NCBI GenBank assembly: GCA_916720285.1
Contig: CAKAQP010000001.1
Coordinates: 1 to 50,433 of the forward strand
Origin: an uncultured Lachnoanaerobaculum sp.
GTDB lineage: Bacteria > Bacillota > Clostridia > Lachnospirales > Lachnospiraceae
Direction of reading: 5' to 3'
Length of the DNA: 50,433 nucleotides
Shown here one piece after another: positions 9,133-18,276 of the stretch (its first letter is position 1; each line of letters starts with the position of its first letter). The notes below the pieces were generated by a model. That model searched no databases, was not told the origin of the DNA, and was given only the letters and a program-made list of their open reading frames with translations. The position numbers and the translations under genes were made by a program.

Positions 9133-9360
9133 GTTAAATTTTTCTGAATTTAACATATATTTTATCTGTATTTCATTTTTATCTCCTATAAATTTATTAC
9201 TCAAAGCATAAATTTACATATAATTAATTCAACAAAAAGCAACTATAAGTCTTTTTTTGTGCATATTGCTATTTTTCGAAAGTAATCTTACACAATATCG
9301 ACTTTGTATTTTTGTTAGTTATGCCTATCACAAGTTTTTCTGAACAGATTTTTACATAGC

Positions 9361-9389
9361 AAAAAAGCCTCCACCAGGTGGAGACTTTT
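9361..9389 (-). terminator. Intrinsic terminator after the MerR gene
   Basis: Minus strand AAAAGTCTCCAC-CTG-GTGGAGGCTTTTTT. Confidence 0.7.
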
Positions 9390-9418
9390 AATCACAATAC
9401 CATTATATTTTATATAAT

Positions 9419-10276
9419 TTAGTTTCTCGGTTTTACAGGTACTATTATCTTTACAATATGCTGCTCGGTATTTGGCAAATCTACCGGTGAAAGCATAAAT
9501 CTTTCTGTTACAGGCCCGTCCACCATCAGCTCATTTTCTTCTATCCATCTTTTCAAAGAAATATATGTATGCACTATATCACTGTAATCACCGACATATA
9601 TAGCATTTGCGGCAAGAAAATTTCCAAATTTCTTCACTTCAGCATCTTTGATATCATTTTCCACCACAATGGAAAACTCTACCTCACAATCCCTGTGAAT
9701 GAATTGTCCAAACATTTCCGTATGATAAGACACTAGAATATCACCCTGGATATTCAGATTTCTTTCTTTTGCAGACTCTATAATATCAATCCATTTTTCA
9801 AGACTGACTTTTTCGTTCTTATAAGACTGCATCATGGTAGTTTTGCCAAATACATATACTTCTCTTTGCTTTTCAAGCTTAAATGAACTTTCTACATTGT
9901 AGTTATTACTGTTTTCAAGTATTCTTTGCGCAGATTCAAGCTTATTCTTTAGTGTAGCGGCTTCTTCATACTTTTTATTCAGCTCAATAATTTCATCTTT
10001 TATGGAGTTTTGTTTTTTTGTCACTATAAGTTCTATCTTTTGAATATCATCTTCTTTTAATATATTCCTAACTTCTTCCAGAGAAAATCCCAAATATCTG
10101 AGTCTCTTTATTATAAAAAGCCGTACCATTTGGTCATGACTGTAATATCTGTAATTATTGTTTTCCTGTCTGATACTTGGAACCATTACATTTATTTTAT
10201 CGTAATATCTTAAAGTCTTTATAGGAATATTACATATTTCCGATACTCTCCCAATAGAATAATATTTGTCTTTCAA
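9419..10276 (-). CDS. MerR-family regulator with C-terminal GyrI-like effector domain (BltR/BmrR type)
   Basis: YYSIGRVSEICNIPIKTLRYYD, NNYRYY, LRYLGFSLEEV, a coiled coil, and C-terminal YVGDY..I..TY..L..WIEEN. TTG start with GGAGGG RBS. Confidence 0.9.
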   Translation of the reverse strand: MKDKYYSIGRVSEICNIPIKTLRYYDKINVMVPSIRQENNNYRYYSHDQMVRLFIIKRLRYLGFSLEEVRNILKEDDIQKIELIVTKKQNSIKDEIIELNKKYEEAATLKNKLESAQRILENSNNYNVESSFKLEKQREVYVFGKTTMMQSYKNEKVSLEKWIDIIESAKERNLNIQGDILVSYHTEMFGQFIHRDCEVEFSIVVENDIKDAEVKKFGNFLAANAIYVGDYSDIVHTYISLKRWIEENELMVDGPVTERFMLSPVDLPNTEQHIVKIIVPVKPRN

Positions 10277-10312
10277 GTCTACCCTCCAAAATGAAACAAA
10301 GATGTCTCTATT

Positions 10313-11266
10313 TTATTTCTCTTCCAGCTCTTTATATGTAGCCCTAAGCTCCTCACAGGATTTTGCAAACTTTGCTTTTTCCTCATCTGTAAGAGAGAAT
10401 TCAAGTATTCTTTGGATTCCTGCACTGTTTATTACACATGGAACTCCAACAAATACATCGTTTTGTCCGTATTCACCACGAAGATTTGCAGATACTGTAA
10501 GAACCGAGTTTTCATCACCCAGTATAGCCTTTGTAATTCTTGTAAGGCTCATTCCTATACCGTAATAAGTAGCTCTCTTAGCTTCTATTATCTTATATGC
10601 AGCTGTTCTTACATCTTCTTCAATGCGGTCAAGCTCTTCTATATTCAGTTTGCCCTTTGATTCGGCTATAAGATCTGTTATAGGCTTTGTAGAAAGCATT
10701 GCATTTGACCACGGAACAAACTCGGAATCACCATGTTCACCTATAACATAGGCATGCACGCTTCTTGGATCTGCCTGTATATATGATCCAAGCAGATATC
10801 TAAGTCTTGCAGAGTCAAGTGCCGTACCTGAACCGATTACTCTTCTCGGATTAAACCCTGAAAGCTTATATGTAATCTCAGTCATTATATCTACAGGGTT
10901 TGTAGCCACAAGGAATATTCCGTTAAATCCGCTCTCTGTAATAGGGTCTATAATGGATTTAAACACTTCCATATTTCTCTTTAAAAGATCTCTTCTGCTC
11001 TCTCCCGGTGCCTGAGCCACACCTGCACATATTACGACAATGTCTGCATTTGTACAGTCACTGTAATCTCCTGCCCAGATTCTCATATGTGATCCTGAAA
11101 AAGCCAAACCATGGTTTAAATCCATAGCTTCACCCTCGGCTCTTAATTTATTCACATCTATAAGAACAAGCTCGTCCACAACATTTTGGTTTAACATAGC
11201 ATATGCGTAGCTCATGCCGACCATACCGCATCCTACAAGAACAACTTTTCTCTTATCATTTTTCAT
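10313..11266 (-). CDS. ldh: L-lactate dehydrogenase
   Basis: GCGMVG, GEAMDLNHG, ESRRDL, ATNPVD, GSGTALDSAR, GEHGDSE and ATYYGIG. Start moved to the ATG at 11266 behind AAAGGAG. Confidence 0.93.
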   Translation of the reverse strand: MKNDKRKVVLVGCGMVGMSYAYAMLNQNVVDELVLIDVNKLRAEGEAMDLNHGLAFSGSHMRIWAGDYSDCTNADIVVICAGVAQAPGESRRDLLKRNMEVFKSIIDPITESGFNGIFLVATNPVDIMTEITYKLSGFNPRRVIGSGTALDSARLRYLLGSYIQADPRSVHAYVIGEHGDSEFVPWSNAMLSTKPITDLIAESKGKLNIEELDRIEEDVRTAAYKIIEAKRATYYGIGMSLTRITKAILGDENSVLTVSANLRGEYGQNDVFVGVPCVINSAGIQRILEFSLTDEEKAKFAKSCEELRATYKELEEK

Positions 11267-12011
11267 ATATTGCTCCTTTCGCAATCCTCTGTCTGACTAT
11301 CTCATAAGCCAATACACCACAGGCAACAGATGCATTGAGTGAATCAATATCACCGTTCATAGGTATAGAAGCTATGAAATCGCAATTTTTCTTAACGCTT
11401 TCACTTACTCCGTCTCCCTCATTACCTATTACAAGTCCGATACTTCCCGTCAAATCAATATTATACATCCTTTCGCCGCCCATGTCTGCACAAACAAACC
11501 ACATTCCTGCATCTTTCAGCTCCTGCATGGTTTTATTTATATTGGTGACTTTGGCAACAGGCGTATAATTAATTGCTCCTGCAGAAGCTCTTGCCACTAC
11601 AGCGGTAAGTCCTACGGCTCTGTGTTTAGGTATAATCACTCCATGGGCACCGCTAAGATTGGCAGTCCTTATAATCGCACCGAGATTATGCGGATCCTCT
11701 ATGCCGTCTAAGATAAATACAAAAGGCGGCTCATTTTTTTGTATTGCCTTTTCTAATATATCCTCTACGCTTGCGTACTCATATGCCGCAACTATTGCAA
11801 TAACTCCCTGATGCTTTCCGGTCTCGCTCATTGCGTCAAGTCTGTCCTTACCGACAAAATTTACATATGTACCGTGCTTTTTGGCTTCTCTTAATATTGT
11901 AGAAACAGTGTAGTCCTTCAAGCCGTCCTGCAAATATAATTTATCAACGGTTTTACCGCTTCTGAAAGCCTCTATTACCACATTTCTGCCTTCTATGGCA
12001 TTTTCATTCAT
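11256..12011 (-). CDS. rlmB: 23S rRNA (Gm2251) 2'-O-methyltransferase
   Basis: SPOUT motifs HQGV, DPHNLGAIIRTA, IGNEG and SLNASVA; cysS-mrnC context. Confidence 0.93.
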   Translation of the reverse strand: MNENAIEGRNVVIEAFRSGKTVDKLYLQDGLKDYTVSTILREAKKHGTYVNFVGKDRLDAMSETGKHQGVIAIVAAYEYASVEDILEKAIQKNEPPFVFILDGIEDPHNLGAIIRTANLSGAHGVIIPKHRAVGLTAVVARASAGAINYTPVAKVTNINKTMQELKDAGMWFVCADMGGERMYNIDLTGSIGLVIGNEGDGVSESVKKNCDFIASIPMNGDIDSLNASVACGVLAYEIVRQRIAKGAIYEK

Positions 12012-12460
12012 ATAATCTTTACTCCGATATCATTATTTTCCAAAAATCTGTCAAGACCGATTTTGACAAGTTCAAGCGCTCTGTCAAACCGATTGTCCAG
12101 ATATAAAAAACCTATAAGGCTTTCAAATCCGGTAGCATATTTATAATCAGTCATACTGGCATTCTTTGCCATGGTATGCGGAGAAGAATTTCTTCCTCTT
12201 TTAAATATGGTGAACTCTTCCTCGCTTAACTCATCGCTTATAAGTTTTATAATCTGCGCCTGTGCTCCGGCTTTTACAAGAGAAGTGGCATCCTTATTGA
12301 GTTTATTTACCGGGCGGTTCCCACCTGATACCAGAATACTTCTTATAATAAGCTCATACACAGCATCACCTATATATGCCAGTACCAAGGGCGAAAATTC
12401 TTTTGCGTCCCTTTTTTCTATATTAAAAGGTTTTAGAAGATAATCTAAGATCTCTTCCAT
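12008..12460 (-). CDS. mrnC: Mini-ribonuclease III
   Basis: LAYIGDAVYEL, KRGRN and YKYATGFESLIGFLY; lies between cysS and rlmB. Confidence 0.92.
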   Translation of the reverse strand: MEEILDYLLKPFNIEKRDAKEFSPLVLAYIGDAVYELIIRSILVSGGNRPVNKLNKDATSLVKAGAQAQIIKLISDELSEEEFTIFKRGRNSSPHTMAKNASMTDYKYATGFESLIGFLYLDNRFDRALELVKIGLDRFLENNDIGVKII

Positions 12461-13854
12461 TTAACTCCCTCTCTTGTATCTTCAAGTACAATACCTCTTT
12501 CAAGAAGGTCATTTCTGATCTTATCGGCAAGTGCAAAATCCTTGTTCTTTCTGGCCTGAGTTCTCTGCTCTATCAGATCCTCTATTTCGCTGTCAAGGAT
12601 TTCCGTCTTTCTTTCTGTAATAATTCCAAGTACATCACAAAGCGGCTCTATTATATTTAAAAGTCCGTTTGCATACTCGAGTGTAGAGTTTTCATTCAAT
12701 GAAGTATTTGAAAGCTTTATAAGCTCAAATATAGCACTTATCGCATCAGCCGTATTGAAATCATCGTCCATTGCGGCTACAAACTTATCCTTTAACACCT
12801 TTGCCATCTCAAGATTTGAGAGCTCGGCATCTGTAATTGGAGAAGAATTATCCTTTTTTTGAACATCCTTTAAATTCTCAACTCCTGTAAGAATTCTCTC
12901 CAAACTGTTCTTTGAAGCTTCCATAAGCTCTGCAGAGAAGTTTAGAGGACTTCTGTAGTGTGCAGAGAGCATAAAAAATCTTAATACCTGAAGATCGTAC
13001 TTCTCACTGATATCTCTTACTGTAAAGAAATTACCTAAAGACTTACTCATCTTTTTATTGTCAATATTTAAGAACGCATTGTGCATCCAATAATTTGCAA
13101 AGCTCTTTCCGCTTGCACACTCTGACTGTGCTATCTCATTCTCATGATGAGGAAAGATAAGATCCTCACCGCCTCCGTGTATATCTATCTGCTCTCCGAG
13201 ATACTTCTTGCTCATTACAGAACATTCTATATGCCATCCCGGCCTTCCCTTTGACCATGGTGAATCCCAGTAAGGCTCTCCGTCTTTTTTAGGTTTCCAA
13301 AGCACGAAGTCATTGCTGTCTTCCTTTCCGTCCTCACCGGTTACCTTAATCTCTCTGAATCCTGACTGAAGTTCATCTATATTCTTATGTGAAAGTTTGC
13401 CGTACTCTTCAAAGCTCTTTACTCTGAAATATACCGTACCGTCCTTTGCCACATACGCATGACCGTTATCGATAAGAGTTGATATCATCTCCTCCATACC
13501 GCCTATCTCTTCTGTAGCCAGAGGATTTTTTGTGGCAGGAAGCACATTCATTGCTTCCATATCTTTCTTACATTCATTTATATATCTTGTGGAAATTACA
13601 GATGCATCAACTCCCTCTTCTATCGCCTTATTGATTATCTTATCATCAACATCTGTAAAGTTTGAAACATAGTTTACATCATAACCTCTGTATTCAAAAT
13701 ATCTTCTTACCGTATCAAAGAAAATCATAGGTCTGGCATTTCCGATATGTATCAAATTATATACTGTAGGTCCGCAGACATACATTCTTACTTTTCCCTC
13801 TTCGATAGGTACAAACTCTTCTTTCCTTTTAGAAAGTGTATTAAAAATCTTCAT
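12445..13854 (-). CDS. cysS: Cysteine--tRNA ligase
   Basis: YVCGPTVY, HIGN, GRPGWHIEC, FPHHENE and KMSKS. Start moved to MKIFNT at 13854. Confidence 0.97.
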   Translation of the reverse strand: MKIFNTLSKRKEEFVPIEEGKVRMYVCGPTVYNLIHIGNARPMIFFDTVRRYFEYRGYDVNYVSNFTDVDDKIINKAIEEGVDASVISTRYINECKKDMEAMNVLPATKNPLATEEIGGMEEMISTLIDNGHAYVAKDGTVYFRVKSFEEYGKLSHKNIDELQSGFREIKVTGEDGKEDSNDFVLWKPKKDGEPYWDSPWSKGRPGWHIECSVMSKKYLGEQIDIHGGGEDLIFPHHENEIAQSECASGKSFANYWMHNAFLNIDNKKMSKSLGNFFTVRDISEKYDLQVLRFFMLSAHYRSPLNFSAELMEASKNSLERILTGVENLKDVQKKDNSSPITDAELSNLEMAKVLKDKFVAAMDDDFNTADAISAIFELIKLSNTSLNENSTLEYANGLLNIIEPLCDVLGIITERKTEILDSEIEDLIEQRTQARKNKDFALADKIRNDLLERGIVLEDTREGVKWKRS

Positions 13855-13864
13855 AAAATTCCTT

Positions 13865-14407
13865 TTATCCTTTACTTTGGCATCCGCCGCAGCCGGCGCA
13901 ATCCTTTGAATCTGTAGACATATAAAAAGCATCTCTTACTGAATTCAACAGACAGACGCTGTGTGCAGATATACCGCTTTCATTTCCTGTAAAGCCAAGC
14001 CCCTCTTCCGTGGTTGCCTTTATATTCAATTGGTTTGGTGATATACTCAGTGTATCACATATCACTTCCTTCATCCTATCAATATGAGGAGCAATTTTAG
14101 GCTTTTGTGCAATAACAGTCGCATCTATATTTTCTATTATATATGCATTCTCGTCAAGTATATTAGCAACTTTTTTCAAAAGCACAACACTGCTTACATC
14201 CTTATATTCCGCTTTTGTATCCGGAAAATGTTTTCCTATATCTCCAAGTCCTGCAGCCCCAAGTAAAGAGTCCATTATCGCATGTAAAAGTACATCCGCA
14301 TCTGAATGCCCGAGAAGTCCCAGAGTATGCTCTATCTCCACTCCTCCGATTATAAGCTTTCTGCCTTCTACAAGTCTGTGAACATCATATCCATGTCCTA
14401 TTCTCAT
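13865..14407 (-). CDS. ispF: 2-C-methyl-D-erythritol 2,4-cyclodiphosphate synthase with a Cys-rich C-terminal tail
   Basis: [30 protein letters not shown] and [12 protein letters not shown]; tail DCAGCGGCQ. Confidence 0.95.
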   Translation of the reverse strand: MRIGHGYDVHRLVEGRKLIIGGVEIEHTLGLLGHSDADVLLHAIMDSLLGAAGLGDIGKHFPDTKAEYKDVSSVVLLKKVANILDENAYIIENIDATVIAQKPKIAPHIDRMKEVICDTLSISPNQLNIKATTEEGLGFTGNESGISAHSVCLLNSVRDAFYMSTDSKDCAGCGGCQSKG

Positions 14408-14433
14408 AATTACCTTTCCGTCTCTTCTATATG

Positions 14434-14463
14434 AAAAAACAGGCAAGTCAAAGACCTGCCTGT
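14434..14463 (-). terminator. Intrinsic terminator between the HPr-like gene and ispF
   Basis: Minus strand ACAGGCAGGTC-TTT-GACTTGCCTGT-TTTTT. Confidence 0.7.
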
Positions 14464-14526
14464 ATGTTAAACAACACCGGTCAAGCCGGCTTATTTTAAA
14501 CTATTTATGATATATCATAAATATGC

Positions 14527-14769
14527 TTAAGCTATTTTTTCTATTCCCTTCATATGGTCATCTAAAAAAGCTTCCAATTCTTCGTTTTCACCTGAATATC
14601 TGACTGTCAAAACATGTCTAAGATCCATGCTCAGCACTCCTATAATAGATTTTGCATCAATCATAATACTGTTGTCATATAAATCCACATCAAAATCACA
14701 CCCGGTAGTAACTTTAACAAAGTTCTTAGCGTCTTCAACTGACAGAAGGCGGATTTTTCTTTCTTTCAT
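14527..14769 (-). CDS. HPr-family protein lacking His15 (Crh-like)
   Basis: 80 aa with the IDAKSIIGVLSM Ser46 motif and no GLHxRP motif. GAGG RBS. Confidence 0.75.
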   Translation of the reverse strand: MKERKIRLLSVEDAKNFVKVTTGCDFDVDLYDNSIMIDAKSIIGVLSMDLRHVLTVRYSGENEELEAFLDDHMKGIEKIA

Positions 14770-14823
14770 ATCTATACCTCATTTTATAACATTGTATTTT
14801 GGACAATCCAAAATACTTGCAAT

Positions 14824-14852
14824 ATTAAACCATCAAATATAGGCAATGTCAA
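14824..14852 (-). promoter_or_regulatory. Sigma-A-type promoter for the His-less HPr gene
   Basis: TTGACA-17 bp-TTTAAT with a TG extended -10. Confidence 0.6.
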
Positions 14853-14884
14853 GTATGATATGTTACAAATAGAAAAATTATTTA

Positions 14885-15151
14885 TTATTTTTCACCAAGG
14901 CCTGACTCGATAGCCTCTACCAAAGTCTTCATTGCTTCCTCTTCGTCATCGCCTTCAACTATCAGATTTACCTCTGTACCTGACTTGATGCCTGCAGCCA
15001 TAACATTAAGTACGCTCTTTGCAACTATCCTCTTCTCACCGTACTCAATTATTATATCTGATTTAAACTTCATCGCTGTCTGTGACAGAACTCCTGCCGG
15101 ACGTAGGTGCAAACCTGAAGGATTCTTGATAGTAATTTTTCTACTTAACAT
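14885..15151 (-). CDS. ptsH: Phosphocarrier protein HPr
   Basis: NPSGLHLRPA (His15), AKSVLNVM (Ser46) and GDDEEEA. Start at ATG 15151. Confidence 0.88.
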   Translation of the reverse strand: MLSRKITIKNPSGLHLRPAGVLSQTAMKFKSDIIIEYGEKRIVAKSVLNVMAAGIKSGTEVNLIVEGDDEEEAMKTLVEAIESGLGEK

Positions 15152-15235
15152 AATAATCTTCCTTTCATATTTCAAGATCTTCTGATCATTGATATAAACA
15201 TTACTTTTTAATTATAAATCAAAGTATACCAATCG

Positions 15236-15883
15236 TCAAACAATATTCTCTCTTGCCTTGGCTCTTTCAATTGACTCTCTTTTTGAAAATGAGCATCCGC
15301 AATAATCCTGCCTGTAAAGCTCATGTTCCTTAGACAAATCCACAGATCGCTTATATCCGTTTTTCTTCTTAAAATCACTTGGTAAATACTTTACATTATA
15401 TTCTTTAGCCACCTCTTCGCCTATTTCACAAAGTTTTTCGGCATTTTTCATTGGCGAAATGGTAAGTGAAGTTGTAAAATAGTCAAATCCGTAATCAGAT
15501 GCTGCTTTTGCCGCCTCGTGAAGTCTTAACTCAAAACAGATATCACATCTTTTTCCACCTTCTTTTTCATTTTCATAGCCCTTTATTCTGCTGTGAAAAA
15601 TACTCGGGTCATAATCCCCTTCAATAAATTTCACCTCGGAAGTAAAATCCATCTCTTCTATCAGCCTTTTTGCTTCTTCCACCCTAAGTTTATATTCCTT
15701 GGTATCATCAATATTCGGATTGTAAAAAAACACAGTCAAATCAAAATGCTTTTCCAAATATTCCATACAATATGATGAACAAGGTCCACAACAGGCATGT
15801 AGAAGAAGCCTTGGGCGATTGCCCAAAGCTTCTTCTTTCTTTATAATATCTTCCAATTCTTTTTGTAAATTTCTCTTCATCAT
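15236..15883 (-). CDS. queH: Epoxyqueuosine reductase QueH
   Basis: [31 protein letters not shown] and [15 protein letters not shown] overlap with the sigma-factor stop codon. Confidence 0.92.
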   Translation of the reverse strand: MMKRNLQKELEDIIKKEEALGNRPRLLLHACCGPCSSYCMEYLEKHFDLTVFFYNPNIDDTKEYKLRVEEAKRLIEEMDFTSEVKFIEGDYDPSIFHSRIKGYENEKEGGKRCDICFELRLHEAAKAASDYGFDYFTTSLTISPMKNAEKLCEIGEEVAKEYNVKYLPSDFKKKNGYKRSVDLSKEHELYRQDYCGCSFSKRESIERAKARENIV

Positions 15884-17121
15884 GCCAAAAAGTCCCTGAT
15901 TCTCTTTGATCTGACAGGATTTCTGAGTTTTCTCAAAGCCTTAGCCTCAATCTGTCTTATTCTTTCTCTTGTTACCTTGAACTCTTTTCCTACTTCCTCC
16001 AAGGTTCTCGGATGTCCGTCCTCAAGACCGAACCTAAGCACAATAACCTGTCTTTCTCTTTCTTTCAAGTCTCCAAGCAATGTATCGATATGCTCTCTGA
16101 GCATTACCGATTCTACATTTCCCTCAGGTGTCAAAACATTTGCATCGGCTACAAAATCTCCAAGGTTTGAATCATCTTCTTCACCTATAGGAGTCTCCAA
16201 AGATGCCGGCTCCCTTGCAATCTGCATTATTTCCATGACCTTTTCTTCCGTCATATCAAGTGCATTTGCAAGTTCTGTAACACTTGGCTCATAACCCAGT
16301 TCCAAAGTAAGTTTTCTTTGCATTTTGCTCATCTTGTTTATGGTCTCTACCATATGTACCGGAACTCTTATGGTTCTTGCCTGATCTGCAAGTGCTCTTG
16401 TTACAGACTGTCTGATCCACCATGTAGCATATGTTGAAAGCTTAAAGCCCTTTGTGTAGTCAAATTTCTCTACACCTTTTATAAGGCCTAAATTACCCTC
16501 CTGTACCAAGTCAAGGAAACTCATTCCCCTTCCTGTATATCTCTTTGCAATACTTACAACCAAACGAAGGTTAGCTTCTATAAGACGCTGCTTTGCGTAT
16601 TCATCGCCATCCTGTTTTCTTTTCGCCAATTCAAGCTCTTCATTTGCTGTCAAGAGAGGTACAGTACCTATTTCTTTAAGATACATTCTTACAGGATCCT
16701 CAGTACCTACACCTTCAAGCAGGTCAATCGCACTGAGATCTATGTCCTCTTCAGAGTCCTTGTCAAACTCATCATCGTCGTCTAAGAGTAGTGAATCATC
16801 ATCTGCAATACTGTCTATATTATCAATATTGTCTATATCAATATTAATATCATCCGAGATGTTTTCATTGATCTCAATACCCTTGTTCTCAAGGTAAGAA
16901 TAAATCTGCTCTACGCTGTCAGCATTCAGCTCCGTACCCGCAAAAAAATCATTTATCTCACCTATATCAAGTTTCATGTCAGAAGCCATGCCCTTATTTA
17001 CAAGTTCCTCCAGCTTCTGTAAGAACTCCTGCGGTGACATCTTTTTCTTATTTGCACTTTCACTGCCTTTTGATGCCTTAATTCCTGTAGTATTTCGGTT
17101 TTCTTTAGCCACTAAGATCAT
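15880..17121 (-). CDS. rpoD: RpoD/SigA-type sigma-70 factor (possibly a second copy)
   Basis: [44 protein letters not shown] and [21 protein letters not shown]. The start could instead be the GTG at 17112. Confidence 0.9.
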   Translation of the reverse strand: MILVAKENRNTTGIKASKGSESANKKKMSPQEFLQKLEELVNKGMASDMKLDIGEINDFFAGTELNADSVEQIYSYLENKGIEINENISDDINIDIDNIDNIDSIADDDSLLLDDDDEFDKDSEEDIDLSAIDLLEGVGTEDPVRMYLKEIGTVPLLTANEELELAKRKQDGDEYAKQRLIEANLRLVVSIAKRYTGRGMSFLDLVQEGNLGLIKGVEKFDYTKGFKLSTYATWWIRQSVTRALADQARTIRVPVHMVETINKMSKMQRKLTLELGYEPSVTELANALDMTEEKVMEIMQIAREPASLETPIGEEDDSNLGDFVADANVLTPEGNVESVMLREHIDTLLGDLKERERQVIVLRFGLEDGHPRTLEEVGKEFKVTRERIRQIEAKALRKLRNPVRSKRIRDFLA

Positions 17122-17250
17122 CCCTTCACAAATAGATGCCGATAATTGACATATCTATTTTTATTTTATCTGCAAACAATATAAAATAAATGCACATTCT
17201 TAAAATGAATATAATTGTCCATTGTATTTACCTCTACCATTTGCATTGAC

Positions 17251-17279
17251 ATTATAATGCTTTTAATATATTTTTTCAA
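17251..17279 (-). promoter_or_regulatory. Near-consensus sigma-A promoter upstream of the rpoD-like gene
   Basis: TTGAAA-17 bp-TATAAT. Confidence 0.7.
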
Positions 17280-17402
17280 GCGAATATTTATACAGTAAAA
17301 TAGAAAATACTGTCAAAAAATATTATCTTTTTACACCAAAAAAGCTTGTAAACTCCTTTGTCAGGTACAATACAAGCTCTTTACCGAATTTCCATATAAT
17401 AA

Positions 17403-18254
17403 TTATCTGGTCGGCCTTGACAGATAAAATCTTCTGTCATCTTCTTTCTTATTTAAAGTGGTAACTGTATCCTCCAAGATTGCACTCTTAAAAACAGGAT
17501 CGATATTTATGTACTCACTGTATATAAGGTCAAGTACAAGTAACATCGGGAACTGTGGAGAAATAAGATTTCCGTTCTCCAAATACTCAAGTGAAGCAAC
17601 CAATACAACTTCATCACAGAATTCATGCAAATGAGGGTTATCCGCCGCCGTGAAAAATACTGTCTTCTTACCCCTGTCATGTGCATGTTTTAAAAGGAAA
17701 ATAATATCCTCAGTCTTACCGCTTATACTGAATGCTACCACTGTATCTCCGTCTTTTAAAAATACGGACTGCATTCTTATTCTGTCGGAATCCGTAAGAG
17801 AGTCTATATCAAGTCCCACTCTCACAAAACGGCTCTCCATTTCACTTGCCGCATATCCTGAACTTCCCTTACCTACAGCTATGACCTTCTTTGAATTTAC
17901 AAGCATCTTCACTATTCTTTGTACCTGATCGTTGTCAAGCAGTGAATATGCCTTATTCAAAAGATCCTGATATGTATTAAATACATTTTGTGTAGTGCTG
18001 TTACCGTTCGGCTTTTTTACTCTTGCACTGTCCAGGTAGGCAAATATAAATTCTCTGAAACCTACAAAGCCGCACTTTTTTGCAAATCTTGAAATAGATG
18101 CCTGTGATACATAGAGCTGTTCAGCCACATTCTGGATATTTATATCCATATTTGCATCACATTGTAAAAAATAATCCGCTATCTTTTTTTCAGTATTTGT
18201 AAAAAGCGTATATTTTGATTCTATTATCGGAATCACTGATTTTTCGTATATCAT
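17403..18254 (-). CDS. RpiR/MurR-family regulator (NanR-like)
   Basis: EKKIADY, VSQASISRFAKKCGFVGFREF and SIS-domain motifs GKGSS and FSISGKT; nan context. Confidence 0.88.
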   Translation of the reverse strand: MIYEKSVIPIIESKYTLFTNTEKKIADYFLQCDANMDINIQNVAEQLYVSQASISRFAKKCGFVGFREFIFAYLDSARVKKPNGNSTTQNVFNTYQDLLNKAYSLLDNDQVQRIVKMLVNSKKVIAVGKGSSGYAASEMESRFVRVGLDIDSLTDSDRIRMQSVFLKDGDTVVAFSISGKTEDIIFLLKHAHDRGKKTVFFTAADNPHLHEFCDEVVLVASLEYLENGNLISPQFPMLLVLDLIYSEYINIDPVFKSAILEDTVTTLNKKEDDRRFYLSRPTR

Positions 18255-18276
18255 TTTCCCCTCTTTCCGCTACTTA

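Noticed and set aside
9257..9333. TTGTGCATATTGCTA and similar motifs resembling CdaR/PucR-type boxes
   Set aside because: Degenerate matches in AT-rich DNA, with no such regulator in the window.
9369..9383. Perfect palindrome CTCCACC-A-GGTGGAG as a BmrR-like operator
   Set aside because: No properly placed -35/-10 elements. It lies just after the MerR stop codon with a U-tract, so a terminator explains it better.
13855..14526. T-box leader for cysS
   Set aside because: No T-box consensus is visible and there is too little intergenic space.
16800..16860. Short repeated ATATT/ATCAAT units
   Set aside because: They encode the low-complexity acidic linker of the sigma factor and are not a CRISPR or DNA-level repeat.
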